Assembly (NCBI RefSeq): GCF_018977255.1
Contig: NW_024704743.1
Coordinates: 33,296,001 to 33,360,000 of the forward strand
Reading direction: 5' to 3'
Source: Callorhinchus milii
Taxonomy: Eukaryota
Length of the DNA stretch: 64,000 bases
In this document: piece after piece, positions 35,589 through 47,150 of the stretch
Numbering within the stretch: position 1 is the stretch's first letter
Layout: each line of letters starts with the position of its first letter
The notes under the pieces: generated by a model
What the model saw: the letters and a program-made list of their open reading frames with translations, nothing else
Databases searched by the model: none
Told to the model about the DNA's origin: nothing
Made by a program: the position numbers and the translations under genes

Positions 35589-37222
35589 ATGGAGGATGCC
35601 CATTGTTCCCATTCATGATGTCACTGGAGTGGAACTTTCTCACCTGACATGAGACCTGTGATGGCCCTCTTGACTCAGGTGGTCTCGCGAGGCCCCATTC
35701 CTGTCATAATAATAATAATAATAATAATCCTTGCATTTGATATAGCGCTTTTCACGTCGGGAGGACGTCCCAAAGCGCTTCACAGAACACACTGTAAAGT
35801 CATAGTATCCTTTGGAGTTACTCTGGGAATAGAATTGTGCTACTCCCATTATAATTTATGGATGCTGCCTGCCTGCCTGCCTGCCTGAATACAATTCTTC
35901 TGACTGGATCTTTTTCTACCTGCATCTACTCTGACTTGGCTCCAAACTCACCATGGCCGAAACAACCCGAGAAGCACTATTTAAATAACGTATTAATTTA
36001 CAACATTTAGAAATTGTACTGCATGTCTAGCCGTACGATCTTATGTTAACTGCTGTATTGTTAAATTATCTTAAATGTTTTACATTCTTCAAATAGGAGA
36101 CGATTAATACAAGTAGTACAAAAAAGTGGTTTTAATAGGAAACTGAATGGGACTCAGGTGAACGTATGCGAGTTTTACTGTACAACTTCTTTCTTCTTTA
36201 GACTATTTAGACTATTTAGACTATTGTGGTAACTATTGTTACCAATAGTTGTATTTAGACTATTGTGGTAACTTTTAGTGAAAGATAATATCACCATCAG
36301 CAATTCTATCATCACAGAATAAGAACACAGGTTGGTTGTATGTCACAGGAATATAAAAAGCGGAGGATTTTTTTTTAGCCCATCAAACCTGTTTCCCCAG
36401 TTTATTAGATGAAGGCAAATATTTAAATCCCAAATCACTTTTCCCCCATGTCTCTTAATACTCTTACTTCCCCAAAACTCCATTATGTTTCTGCGACATA
36501 ACCTACCTTTCATGTAATTTCCTGATCTGTGCACATTCATCCATCAGTTACTCTGGCACCGATGATCGATTCCAATAATTTGCACACAATTAACGTTAAG
36601 GTCACAGGCATATAGTTACTTGAGTTGGCCTAATTTTCTTCTTGACTAATGGTGTCACATTTACAACCCACTGATGTTCTTGTTACATACTTCATTACGA
36701 AGTGGAAGAAAAATACTCATTTTTGAGGTTTGCATACATATAGAAAATCCCAGGAAATGATATGTATTGGGTAAACTGCACATTACACACTGTCAAAAAA
36801 AATGTATTTAGAGGTGGAAAGGGTTAATGAAAAACTATTGAGAAATTGAAAAAAATCCTTAATTGAGAAACATAGATGAAGGATAAGAGTTAAAAAGTGC
36901 AGAAGAGAATATATGATAGACTACTGTATTTGATTAAGTAATTCTGAGCTGGAGTTTGAAGATTGAATAGAAAGACTGGGAATACAGTGCAAATCTCCCA
37001 CAAAATATACTGTCAATTCGCTTTACAGTATATTCTGTGAAGCGCTTTGAGACGTCTCAAGACATGATAAGGCACTACATCAAATTCAAGGATTATTATT
37101 ATTATAGCAAAACTTTGTTGTTCTAGATGATTGGTGATGGTAAGAGTGTTGTATTTGTTTGCTTTGCGCCACTTTCTTCATCTGGGACTGACTTAAATTA
37201 AAGACATTTTTTTTCCAATTAG

Positions 37223-37647
37223 GTGGGCCTGAGGCTGCAACCTTTGCTCAAAATTACATTAAAGAACTCGTCTTTCTTTTCGTTGAAGAAAACCTTTCAG
37301 AAAAAGATAAAATCACAATTCTTCAGAGCTTGGCTGGAATTTGCTACAACAGTTTGAATAACCAAACCACAATGATAAATATGCGTTTCCTCACCATATC
37401 ACTAAAGTACCTGGGTGATAGAAATTCTTCATACCATTCAGTTATTAAGTCGAAAATGTGGATGTGCTATTTGCTGAATGTTCTGTGCTGCAATAACTTA
37501 CATGCCATGAAAATCCTTGGTAGATCCAAGCACTTTCATCGAACACTTATACAATTATCTGAATCTACGTGGCTTGGATGGCCAAAAAATTATGCTCAGT
37601 TATTAATTTATCTTCTTGGATACGAAACGCCTAGCAAAAATTTCTAG
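37223..37647 (+). CDS. ARMH2: ARMH2 exon 2 (GGPEAATFAQNYIKEL...LQSLAGICY...WMCYLLNVLCCNN...WLGWPKNYAQLLIYLLGY...*)
   Basis: tttttttccaattAG acceptor; in frame with ORF 37330-37647; 210 aa total; conserved CY, W.CY.L.V..CNN and W.GW..N.A motifs. Confidence 0.88.
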
Positions 37648-37734
37648 CAGTGTATCACACAAAATGCTTTGCTACAACATGCAGAAAATCTCCCAAGCTT
37701 TGTTTGTTACTAACAATGTTCATTATTTGTCATT

Positions 37735-37740
37735 AATAAA
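37735..37740 (+). promoter_or_regulatory. ARMH2 polyadenylation signal
   Basis: AATAAA ~90 nt after the stop, followed by GT-rich sequence (gatgtgtcagtgtgttt). Confidence 0.65.
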
Positions 37741-39142
37741 CAATCTTAATGATGTGTCAGTGTGTTTCACATTCTAAACATTTGTTTCTACACTAATTGA
37801 CCATAACCACTGGTTGGTACACTCTATATTAGGTTTAGGTTAAGGGCTTAGAGAGAAACTGAAACATATAGACACAGAGGTCCCAGGTTCGATCTACAGT
37901 CTGTGTTGAGTTAACTGGTCTCAGCTGGAGAGACAGTAAGGGAGTTACAATTGGCCAAGTTAGGGAAGGAAGAGTCAACTAGCATTCCTACTTGTGTTTG
38001 TCAGTCAGTGTCGCCTGATGAAATGCACAAGCAGAGTATATGGTCTTTGAGTTACAACACAATCGGCCTCAGCTGCTGACATTAATGTTGTTTACTCTTG
38101 ATAGAGACAATGTGCAGCTAATAAGGAGAACATCACCCGAGGTCTGGAAGATAAAGTTAAACAATTATGCCCCAAATTTGATCAACAAAAAGATTAAAAC
38201 AAAGAAACGAAGATTTGTAAATTTTATGGTAAATACATTGTGTCCATTGGGCTGAATACTCAGTGTGAGCATTCATCCACAAAGCATGCAATCTGTCAGA
38301 AAATAATTGTCTCGGGATACAATATATAATTTGGGGACATGACAAGTCAAGCGATAACCAAGACTGTGGAAGGTGAATTGGGTGGACCTTGGTCTTCTTT
38401 GCCCAACAAATTCTTATGTTCTTAATTCAGAAGATGTGCAAGGCTTGTAAATTGAACGTCCCTACTCTGCTTACAAAAGATAAATAGATAGCAATGTGAA
38501 ATATTCACACATCAAACTGTGTACCCACTGGACCAATATGTCTTCCCAGGTTAACTGGAGTCTCTTCTGTGATGGTAGTTGGCAATTCTGATAGATGTTC
38601 GGCTTCGACTGTTTCAGAGGCTCGACTGGTGATCTTAGAATGTCCCCAGCAAAGAGGGTGAAGTTTCTTTTTATCAATGAGGATTGTCCATTACATTAAC
38701 ACTTGCTTCACGCAGCAGGCTACTGAAGGCTTAAGAGGACTATTTACAGATATTCTCTAGTTGTAACTAGTGTGAAATACTGCATTATAGTTCAACATAT
38801 AACATATTTGCTGTTCAAACTGACACTTCTGTACTATCCTGGGAGACCACTGCATTGTCAGAGATGCCTCCTGTAAGATGAGGCAGTAAACCGAGGTTCC
38901 GTCCGCCTTTTCGTATAAAGTTTCTTTATTTTTCCTCTTGATGTTTCATTTTCTGCTACTGTTTTGCTTTCTGTTTCTACAGATCAGTCTTTTGAATGGG
39001 AACCTTATTACCTATCTCGCTCCTGCTGTTTGTTTTGCAGACTGATAGCCAGTTTATTGTAAAGGGGAGTTTATGGTTGTTATTGTTTGATCTGGGAGAC
39101 ACTGTACAATAGCAGGCAATGACTCACATCATGGAAAACGTT

Positions 39143-39500
39143 TCAACAACAGCAACAAAATTACACTTGTATAGCGCCTTCACTTCAGGAGGACGTCCCA
39201 AGGTGCTGGACAGACAGAGTTATGACTCCAAGTTGGGGGTCAGGGTGGGGGAGGGTGGAGGGCAGTGGGGAAGCAGGGAGATCGAAAGCACAGTCGAAGA
39301 GGAGGGTCTTGAGATGAGTCTTGATGGAGACAAGGGAGAGAGCGAGGTGGAGGGACTGCGGGATGGAGTTCCAGAGGGTGGGTGCAGAGTGGCGGAAGGC
39401 CCGCCTGCCAGTAGTGAGGCGAACAAGGCGGGGGATGCAAAGCAGGCTGGAGCCCGCTGAGTGGAGGGAGCGAACGGGATGGTAGGGGGTTAGGATCATT
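39143..39500 (-). mobile_element. L2 LINE 3' fragment
   Basis: [14 protein letters not shown]...[15 protein letters not shown]...KTHLKTLLF. Confidence 0.88.
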
Positions 39501-41204
39501 CACTAGCATCATTTGCTTTCTTGTAAACCAGTCAAATTGCCACACCTCATGGGTTAGCTTCAACAGGGAGTACCCAGGTTATTATTTAACTGTGGGAGCA
39601 ATTGGTTAATGTTAATCCTCCCAGCCAAAGCCCTGATGGGTATGGTGATCCTAACTGAACAGGAAGCTTGTCAGACAGCTTGTTTGGCCCAATGCCAAAC
39701 TACATATTTTTAGTTGGTTAAACAACAGCAATACCCCAACACACACTATGGACTCCTCAAGCCTCTTAAATATAGCAATAGGTTTCCACAGGTAGCAGAT
39801 ACCAAAAAAAGATTTTAACAGTGGTGGTATCACAAAAGAGCCTGACTTGACATCAACAGGATAATCATTCCCTACAAGGGGTGCTAGGGGCCATTAAATA
39901 CTGACAAAGCACCTGAGGTTTGTCCTGTTCCTCGACATAAGACCATCTGCAAATTTAAGAAGCTTTGAGACATTATACATGCTATATTAAATGCAAAGAT
40001 TATTATTATCCACATGTTGTAAATCATGTTTAGTTTCATATCAATCGCACATTTATTGTAACACTGCTTTACCTGTGGCAACAATGAAAGCAAATACAAG
40101 AATAAAGAAACAAAAGGGAATTTCCATTTAGCTCTTGAATATGAAGTACAACACTTTTTCCAAATGGCACAGAACGATGGAGCAATGAAGCACGGGTTGG
40201 TATCTGAAAAAAAAACACAAGAAGGCCAATAGAGAGGGAAAACAGCAAGAAAATGTTCATCAGATGCCTTTCCAGTTATGGCCAGTATATGATTGCCACC
40301 TGTCTGTTTGTTAACCAGCCTGAGTGTCTTTTTTTACTGCCTTGCTGTTCGCCAGTAAAAAATGTTAATGTACCTTTTTGAGCAAATCACCTATTAGTGT
40401 CGCAATTCCCGCTTTAATTCAAACCAGTTGATTTGGTTGAAAGTGCAATGAAAATCCGACTGGCTTAGCAAGCAGGCACTTTTCGAGTCATTGGTCGTTT
40501 TTTTGTGATTCGGAGGTGGCAACTCTTCCCCAGTATGAACTAAAAACAGCCCTAGTTATAGCTTACAGCAACGTCCCACAAACAACCATGGAATCATAAA
40601 TGGGCTGAAGAGAGCGTGAATCCTGCCCAGAGTCTAAACAAAGTGAGATGAAGTGTAAATTTACTGGAAGCCTTGTCTTATCTCCTTACTAATATTTACC
40701 TATGGGCAAAAAAAGTGCGTCGGTGGCATTAAGATACAATGTTTAGCTTTATTAATGTTGGATTCAAAAGGAAGAGTCTTGTGAGCCTGACTTTGGAATA
40801 TACTCCCCTTGAGTTTGCCTTGTCTCACTCAGTTGGTGCTATTTTATGTAATATTTTACAATTGTGTGAAACTGAGGAAAATTCTTAAATTCAGTCTTAA
40901 TTTAGAAGCTTTTAAAAACTGCAGAAAATCAGCATCCAGATTAAGCCTGAATTTAACTTCTTTCTGCCATATTGCACAATCTTAAATTTTAAGTAATTTT
41001 TAAGACAAAAAATGTAGAATTTCAGGCCTGTATATAGTTAGTACTGACTCCATGTCAGAATCCAATGTCCTTTGCCTATTTCATGTTGCTTAGCTACTTT
41101 TTCACCAGCTACACATGTGATTATTATCCAGCACATTACTGTTAAAACAAGAATAGTGGTTCCATTGTCAATAAGAAGTGTGGCCTTAATTCTGGAATAT
41201 CAAG

Positions 41205-41627
41205 CGGCTCAGTTGGTAGGATTCTCATCTCTGAGTCAGAAGGCTGTGGGTTCAAACCCCATGTTAGTACTTTGAACTCACAGTCCAGGCTGACGCTCCA
41301 GGGTAGTCCTGTGAGGAGCATTGTTAGAGATGCAGTCCTTCGGATGAGACATTAAAAACCAAGGTCGCATCAGTCTGTTCAGGTAGACATTAAAGATCCC
41401 ATGGCACTATTCAAAAAAGAATAGTTCTTCTAGAATCCTTGCCAATATCCCTCAGATAAATTACTCGTTCATTTCATCGCTGTTTGTGGGGCATTCCTGT
41501 GTGCAAATTGCTGCCATTCACCTACAAAATACGTGGTCACTACACTTCACAATAAATCCCGTGAAGTACTTTGAGATGTTTTGAGGACATGATAACAAGC
41601 TACATCAAATGGAAAGATTATTATTAT
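41205..41627 (+). mobile_element. Deu-domain tRNA-SINE, near full length
   Basis: GGCTCAGTTGGTAG head; GATGAGACATTAAA...AAAGATCCCATGGCACTATT core; (TAT)n tail; other copies ~46022-46372 (+) and ~60625-60862 (-). Confidence 0.75.
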
Positions 41628-41967
41628 AGATTCTTACATATAGCATTGACACTGAGTCTGAGGTTTGGGTCTGATATCAGCACTGGTATTCCATTAGCAT
41701 GTAACAACTATCACCAATATTGTAGCTCAGTTCACCACTGATAGATACTTGATACTGTATGTGGGTCAGTTAACCACTGATCTGTCTCTGTAGGAGGTGA
41801 GTGTCTCCCACGGAAACACTAAACAAACAGTTGACCAAATTTGTATCGGTTGATTTTTATTTGACTAAAATCTGACTAACTTTATTCTAAAATGTGTAAT
41901 AACATCAACATTAATGTTTTGAATAATAAAATAGTTCATGGGATAATAATTCACCCAACTAATTTAA

Positions 41968-42177
41968 GCCTGAAATTCTTCTTAGTCTTAACCTATAAGA
42001 TCGTTTCTGTCTTAAAATTTAAGATTGCAAAGAACTGTAGAAAATTCTTAAATTCAGCCGGTTTTCTGTGGCCTTAAAAAAAACAGGTTCCATTCTGTGC
42101 AATCTTAAATTTTCCTTATATTCCTTATTGAGGCCCTAAAATGGGCTTATATGCCAAAATAATGTTGAATTTCAGGT
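41968..42177. mobile_element. MITE-like palindromic element
   Basis: GCCTGAAATTC...GAATTTCAGG termini; internal AAATTTAAGATTGCA/TGCAATCTTAAATTT; related copies ~31996-32189 and ~40878-41028. Confidence 0.55.
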
Positions 42178-44599
42178 CTCCATTGTTCTGCAAACGTTGG
42201 GTATTGGTGTCCGTTTTGGAACATTTGAGGCATTCATTAAATATGCCGACTGAAATTCAAGTTGGCATTATGTGTAGCACATTTGGCGATCTTAATCGGG
42301 AAATCCCATCAGGATCAGCCCAAGGATAGAGTGATGGGTGGATGCGGCCAGAGGGCAGCAGAGGGCAGCAGAGTGTGACGAATAAGCCTTATTCTTATCG
42401 AAGAACAAACGGCAGCTTCCCTGTGATGACAGCTTTTCAGATGAACGATTCTCACTCTTTTGATGAATTAGCCCAAATATATCCAGTCACCATAGAGAAG
42501 CACATTCCTTATATATCACTGTGCAATCTCATGAATAGGACAAGCCCATACTGGGACGTCATTTAAAATAATTGATTATCTTTTAAAATGTTTCAAAATC
42601 AATATTTTGACAACTAGCCATTATACCTATACTATCACGTTCGGATATACTTTTACACAGAGAACAACCTAATTGTGCTTTTTCTAAAACATGGAATGGT
42701 ATTTTCATTTCACTAAAGTTAATTTTATATCAACTTAAAATAACAGACAAATTCATTATCAAAATACAGAATCTCTCAATATCTTTAGTGAATAGAATTA
42801 ACTGTAGTTAGTAGAGTAGTAATATATGAAGTTTTAACCAGGTGTTAAAAGAGAGAAACACAGACACCTGGAGAGTAGAGACATAAGAGAGTATGGCGAA
42901 AGGCTGGGACATTGAAAAATCTGCCAAGATCTAGTAAACTGGTGGAACAGGCTTGATGGGCTGAATGGGTTCCTCCTCTTCCTCTTTTCCTATGCTCCTA
43001 AAGTTAATTATCTATATTGATAAGTACAGGGGAAATGGTGTTTGATGGCTATTCCAAAGGTAAGCACAATTTTTTTAAATGATATATTTGCGAATTTTAA
43101 TTAGAATTTGATCGTATATGTTTGGTGCCTTGGGAAGGTGCAAACTAGAATACTTGGCTGGCAGCTTGTTCCAAATACCTATCACCCTTTTACTAAAAAC
43201 AATTCTCCTGCCCTTTCTATTCACTATTGTCTGTGAGTTTTCTACACAGCAGAGAAATGTATCTACATGCAGAGTTTCTTTCGTAATTTTAAACCCCTCT
43301 ACCAAGCTACAGAATGGTGGTGAGACTAGGAGGCACAAACCGTCTGACTGTCAGGGATGGATGCATTGAGGCCAGTATGCTTTGCGAAGTGGCAGAGGCC
43401 CTCCTGTATTTGTCAGTGGGTGGGCATTGGAAGTAATGCTGAGACTGAAATAACTCACCACCAACAAACTGCTGCTTCTCAAACTGTGTCTGTGGAATAA
43501 AGCACTGAGTGATTGATGAGACAATACTTTCCAGTCCATTGATCTCAATCCCTTCTGGCAAGGCTCTTACTGCTTATTTATGATCTTTAGACTATAATCT
43601 AATGTTGTAGACACAGTATAAGTGTACTTGTCAGTGAAATAATACCAAAAACAAAATTAGGGCAGTCTTATAAACAAGATTGCTAAAACAAATGCCTACG
43701 TGAGGACAGCAACTTAGTAAACAAATCTTGATGGATTTTCAGTATCCTCCCACGGTATTGTTTCAAACTAGCTCTGTGTGTAACGCTTAGCAGTTATAGG
43801 CTCCTTTGGATTGCAGCTCTCAGTTGTCTTCAATGACCCCGATGTTGCACAGATTTGATGACTCAATTATTCCAATGGACTTTTAGCTCCTCTCAACACA
43901 AACTGCAGAACGCTACAGCCATGTCCTCTCCTCCCACAGCAGGCACTGCCAGCCTGTCACTCCCATCCTCACTCTACTAACATCCTATCTCCAAGCTTTT
44001 AAATCTCTCCATGGGGTAGGATCTCTCCCCACCTTACCCTCGGCTGCTCCTTCTGCTCAGCAAGCACCAGACTGCTTCATGTTCCTCAATCAATCTGCCG
44101 AGCAGCACTGGACAAACTTTCTGCTCCCACTCCTTGGAACTCCATACCAACGTCCCTGCATTTGGCCCACCTTTTAAAGATCTGAGATGCTACCCTGAGT
44201 AGAGGGTGCTATACAAGTGTAAGTTGTTGTTGTTCAAACCCACCTTAAGACCTAACTTTTTGAGTGTACGTTTGGCCATCTTTTCCCCCCCACCCCCCTC
44301 CAACTTCCAAACAGGCATCCAATCAACTGTGTGAGCAAGCATCCTCCTGATGTGAAAGACACAATATAAATGTAAAATGTTGTATTCCATAGCCAGTTGC
44401 TTTTTAAACTCATGCCTGGATGAGACAACACTGTTGGGGCCAACATTTATTGAGAATCTCTAGTTACCCGGAGAAGCTGGTGGTAGGGGTTTTCTCTTTA
44501 GTCCACGTGGCAATGGTAATCCAGGGAGTTCCAGGATTTTGTCTCAGCGAGGATGAAAAAATGGTAGAGTGTCCAAATCAGGTTGGTGAGTGACTTGTG

Positions 44600-44880
44600 T
44601 GGCGATTGTTACATTGTGGCAAGTATTGCGGAACTAAATTTAGGAGGAACTACTTCACGCAGAGGGTAATGAGATTGTGAAGATTGCTGCCCGAAGCTGT
44701 GGTTGAATCAGATAGTGTAGATCCATTCAAGAGAAAGCTGCACTTTCACATGAGGGAGAGGGGAATAGAAAGATATGGGAGGGAGTAAGGATATGGTGGA
44801 GATTCCTGTGGAGTATAAACACCGGCACGGACTGGTTGGGCTGAGTGGCGTGTTTCTTTGCTGTACATTCTTTGTAAATC
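44600..44880 (+). mobile_element. CR1 LINE 3' end
   Basis: RRNYFTQRV...LPEAVVESDSVDPFKRKL followed by a CR1-type 3' UTR; other CR1 remnants ~56990-57300 (+) and ~59000-59330 (-). Confidence 0.75.
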
Positions 44881-46859
44881 TTTATTAATTGTGAACCACA
44901 ATTTCCAGCCCAGCTCAGTTCCACTGATGTCTTTAGGGTTCACAGAACTGAATGCTGGGCTAGTCTCCTGCACTGTTTCAAGGGCTGTCACTGCAGTGTC
45001 CTCCACTCTACACAACTGCTTTACGGTCTCCTGATGAAACAGAATCCTACTTGTCACTGCCGGCTTCTCAAAGTCCACATCAGACACATCACATAATGCA
45101 TCTACCAAGGACATTGCAACCTTCAGACACAAACACTGGCAGATCATCTCCACCCCCACCCCCCCACAACCACAACCACCACCATGTTAGTGACTCACCA
45201 GTGCCCAGTCCTTCCTACAAATACACAATTGCAACACTTGACAGCAATTCCCCTTGAAGCACTTTGAGATGCTTCAATGTTATAGACGCAATATCAAAGG
45301 CTATTAAAGGTTATCTTGATCTGCAGGAACGTGGCAGACAATTGCAGGATGGTATGAACTGACAATTCAATCAGGGCCAGGTGGTAGCTGTGGATTCTAT
45401 TCTAGCTTTCACTCATCACCGCCTTGGAACGTCCTACCGACGTGAAAAGCGCTTTACAAATTTAATTTTGTTGTTGTGTTTATGGTGCTTGGACCAAAGT
45501 CCGGTCTCACCTGGTGGGAGAGAGATGTGGATCAGGAAGCCAAGCCCACTCCGACTTCAAGACGGTGAGCCACGCATTGCACACTGGCGTTGGCTCTTTC
45601 TTTTGTTCATTTTATTAAATTTGTTTCCGGTTGATACATTCTTCTGCAGTCTATTTTGGTCATTACTTTTTCCAAACCATTCCTATATTCATATTCATCA
45701 CTGAGTCTGCAGATTAACTAATCTATCCTCTCTTTCATGTACATCTCCTCCTTTACATCACTGGGCATCCTTCCCCTGCAAATGAAACTCTCCTTCAAAT
45801 TTGTTCAAGCCCTCCATAGGTCTACGGTAAAACAGATCTGGTTCTACATGTCACCCCCATTGGTTTCTGATTTGCTCTCCCTAGTACCTGGACTGACATC
45901 CACTGGGAGTTTGTTTCTGCCTAGTAGGTTCTTAGCCTCACAATGTTTTTTTTATTCAAATACTGCAATGTTCAATTGCAATTTCTAATGGCTGGCCTGC
46001 CTGAGATATCGAGTTGGTACTTTGAGCTCACAGGGAATGCTGCATTGTCAGAGGTGCTGTTCTTTGGATAAGACGTTGAAATCAAGGTCTCATCTGTGTC
46101 TGTTCAGGCAGACATTAATGATCCCATGGCACTATTCAAACAGAGAAGGGTGTTTCTCCCTGTACCCTAGCCAGCAATCCCCCAGATAAAATTGTTCCAT
46201 CACTTCATGGTGGTTCGTGGGACATTGCCTTGAGCAAATTAGCTGCCACGTACATCTACAAGTATACGGTCAGTACAATTTACAGTAAAATCCTGTAAAG
46301 TGCTTTGAGATATATTGACGATATGATATAAAACCAATCCAGTAATACCAAATGCAAGGATTATTATTATTATCATCATATTTTTTAATTAGTATCAGCT
46401 AACTCAATACAGAGCAGGGATTGAATCTGGAACTTCAGTCTGCGTATCTCAGCTTCACTCTGGACAATGGCTTTGGTATCCAAGTCATCAGGAGAGGTGT
46501 AAATGTTTAGGATGTCTGCGTTACCCTTACAGTCCAGTATCTCTGGCTGGAGTGGGAATGACTACATACATGGTCGAAAATTTAGGCTTAAGGTGAATTT
46601 TGAAGGTGTGGAGAGAGGGGCAAGACAGAGGTATTCCAGGACGGAGTTTCAGAGAGCAGAGTGACAATGGCTGAAAGTTCACCCACTGAAGATGAGGTAG
46701 ATCGGGGGGAACATGAAGCACGCTGGTGTTTGCTGAAAGGAGGGAACGGCTGGGGCAGGAGGTGATGGGGCCAGGACCTGGTACGGGAGAGGACACAGGC
46801 TGCAGAATTCTGGATGGGAAATAAAGCAACAGATCACTGGTGGATGAATCCTTTGTCTG

Positions 46860-47150
46860 ACTCCTTCATGTAAATAGGGCCAATGTGCCGTTTCCTGCTC
46901 TGTCGTTCTCCAACCTCATGTCCTCTCTGAGTGCGATTGCCAAATTAGTACCAATTAGTGGTGAATTGAATTGTAAGACAATTTTCTATTGTTGATTCAT
47001 CCTCTGGGGTTTGGCTTGAGATTGTTTGAACTCATCGGTCAGGACCCGTAACAGCTGTTAGATAGAAGAAACCATCATTGAACTGGAATCAAACTCAAGT
47101 CCCAAAGGTGCAAGGGCAGCCTTGAAACACAAATGTGTCACTCAGTCCTA
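46860..47150 (-). mobile_element. Degenerate LF-SINE-like element
   Basis: The - strand has CCTTGCACCTTTGGGACTTGAGTTTGATTCCAG and AATTGGTACTAATTTGGCA...CAGAGAGG, resembling the recalled LF-SINE consensus. Confidence 0.4.

Noticed and set aside
36198..36275. TTTAGACTA repeats and a ~20-bp duplication
   Set aside because: Ordinary local slippage with no sign of function.
38640..38757. CC-chemokine-like segment (SVACCVKQ...) on the - strand
   Set aside because: An in-frame stop follows within a few codons and the cysteine spacing does not fit.
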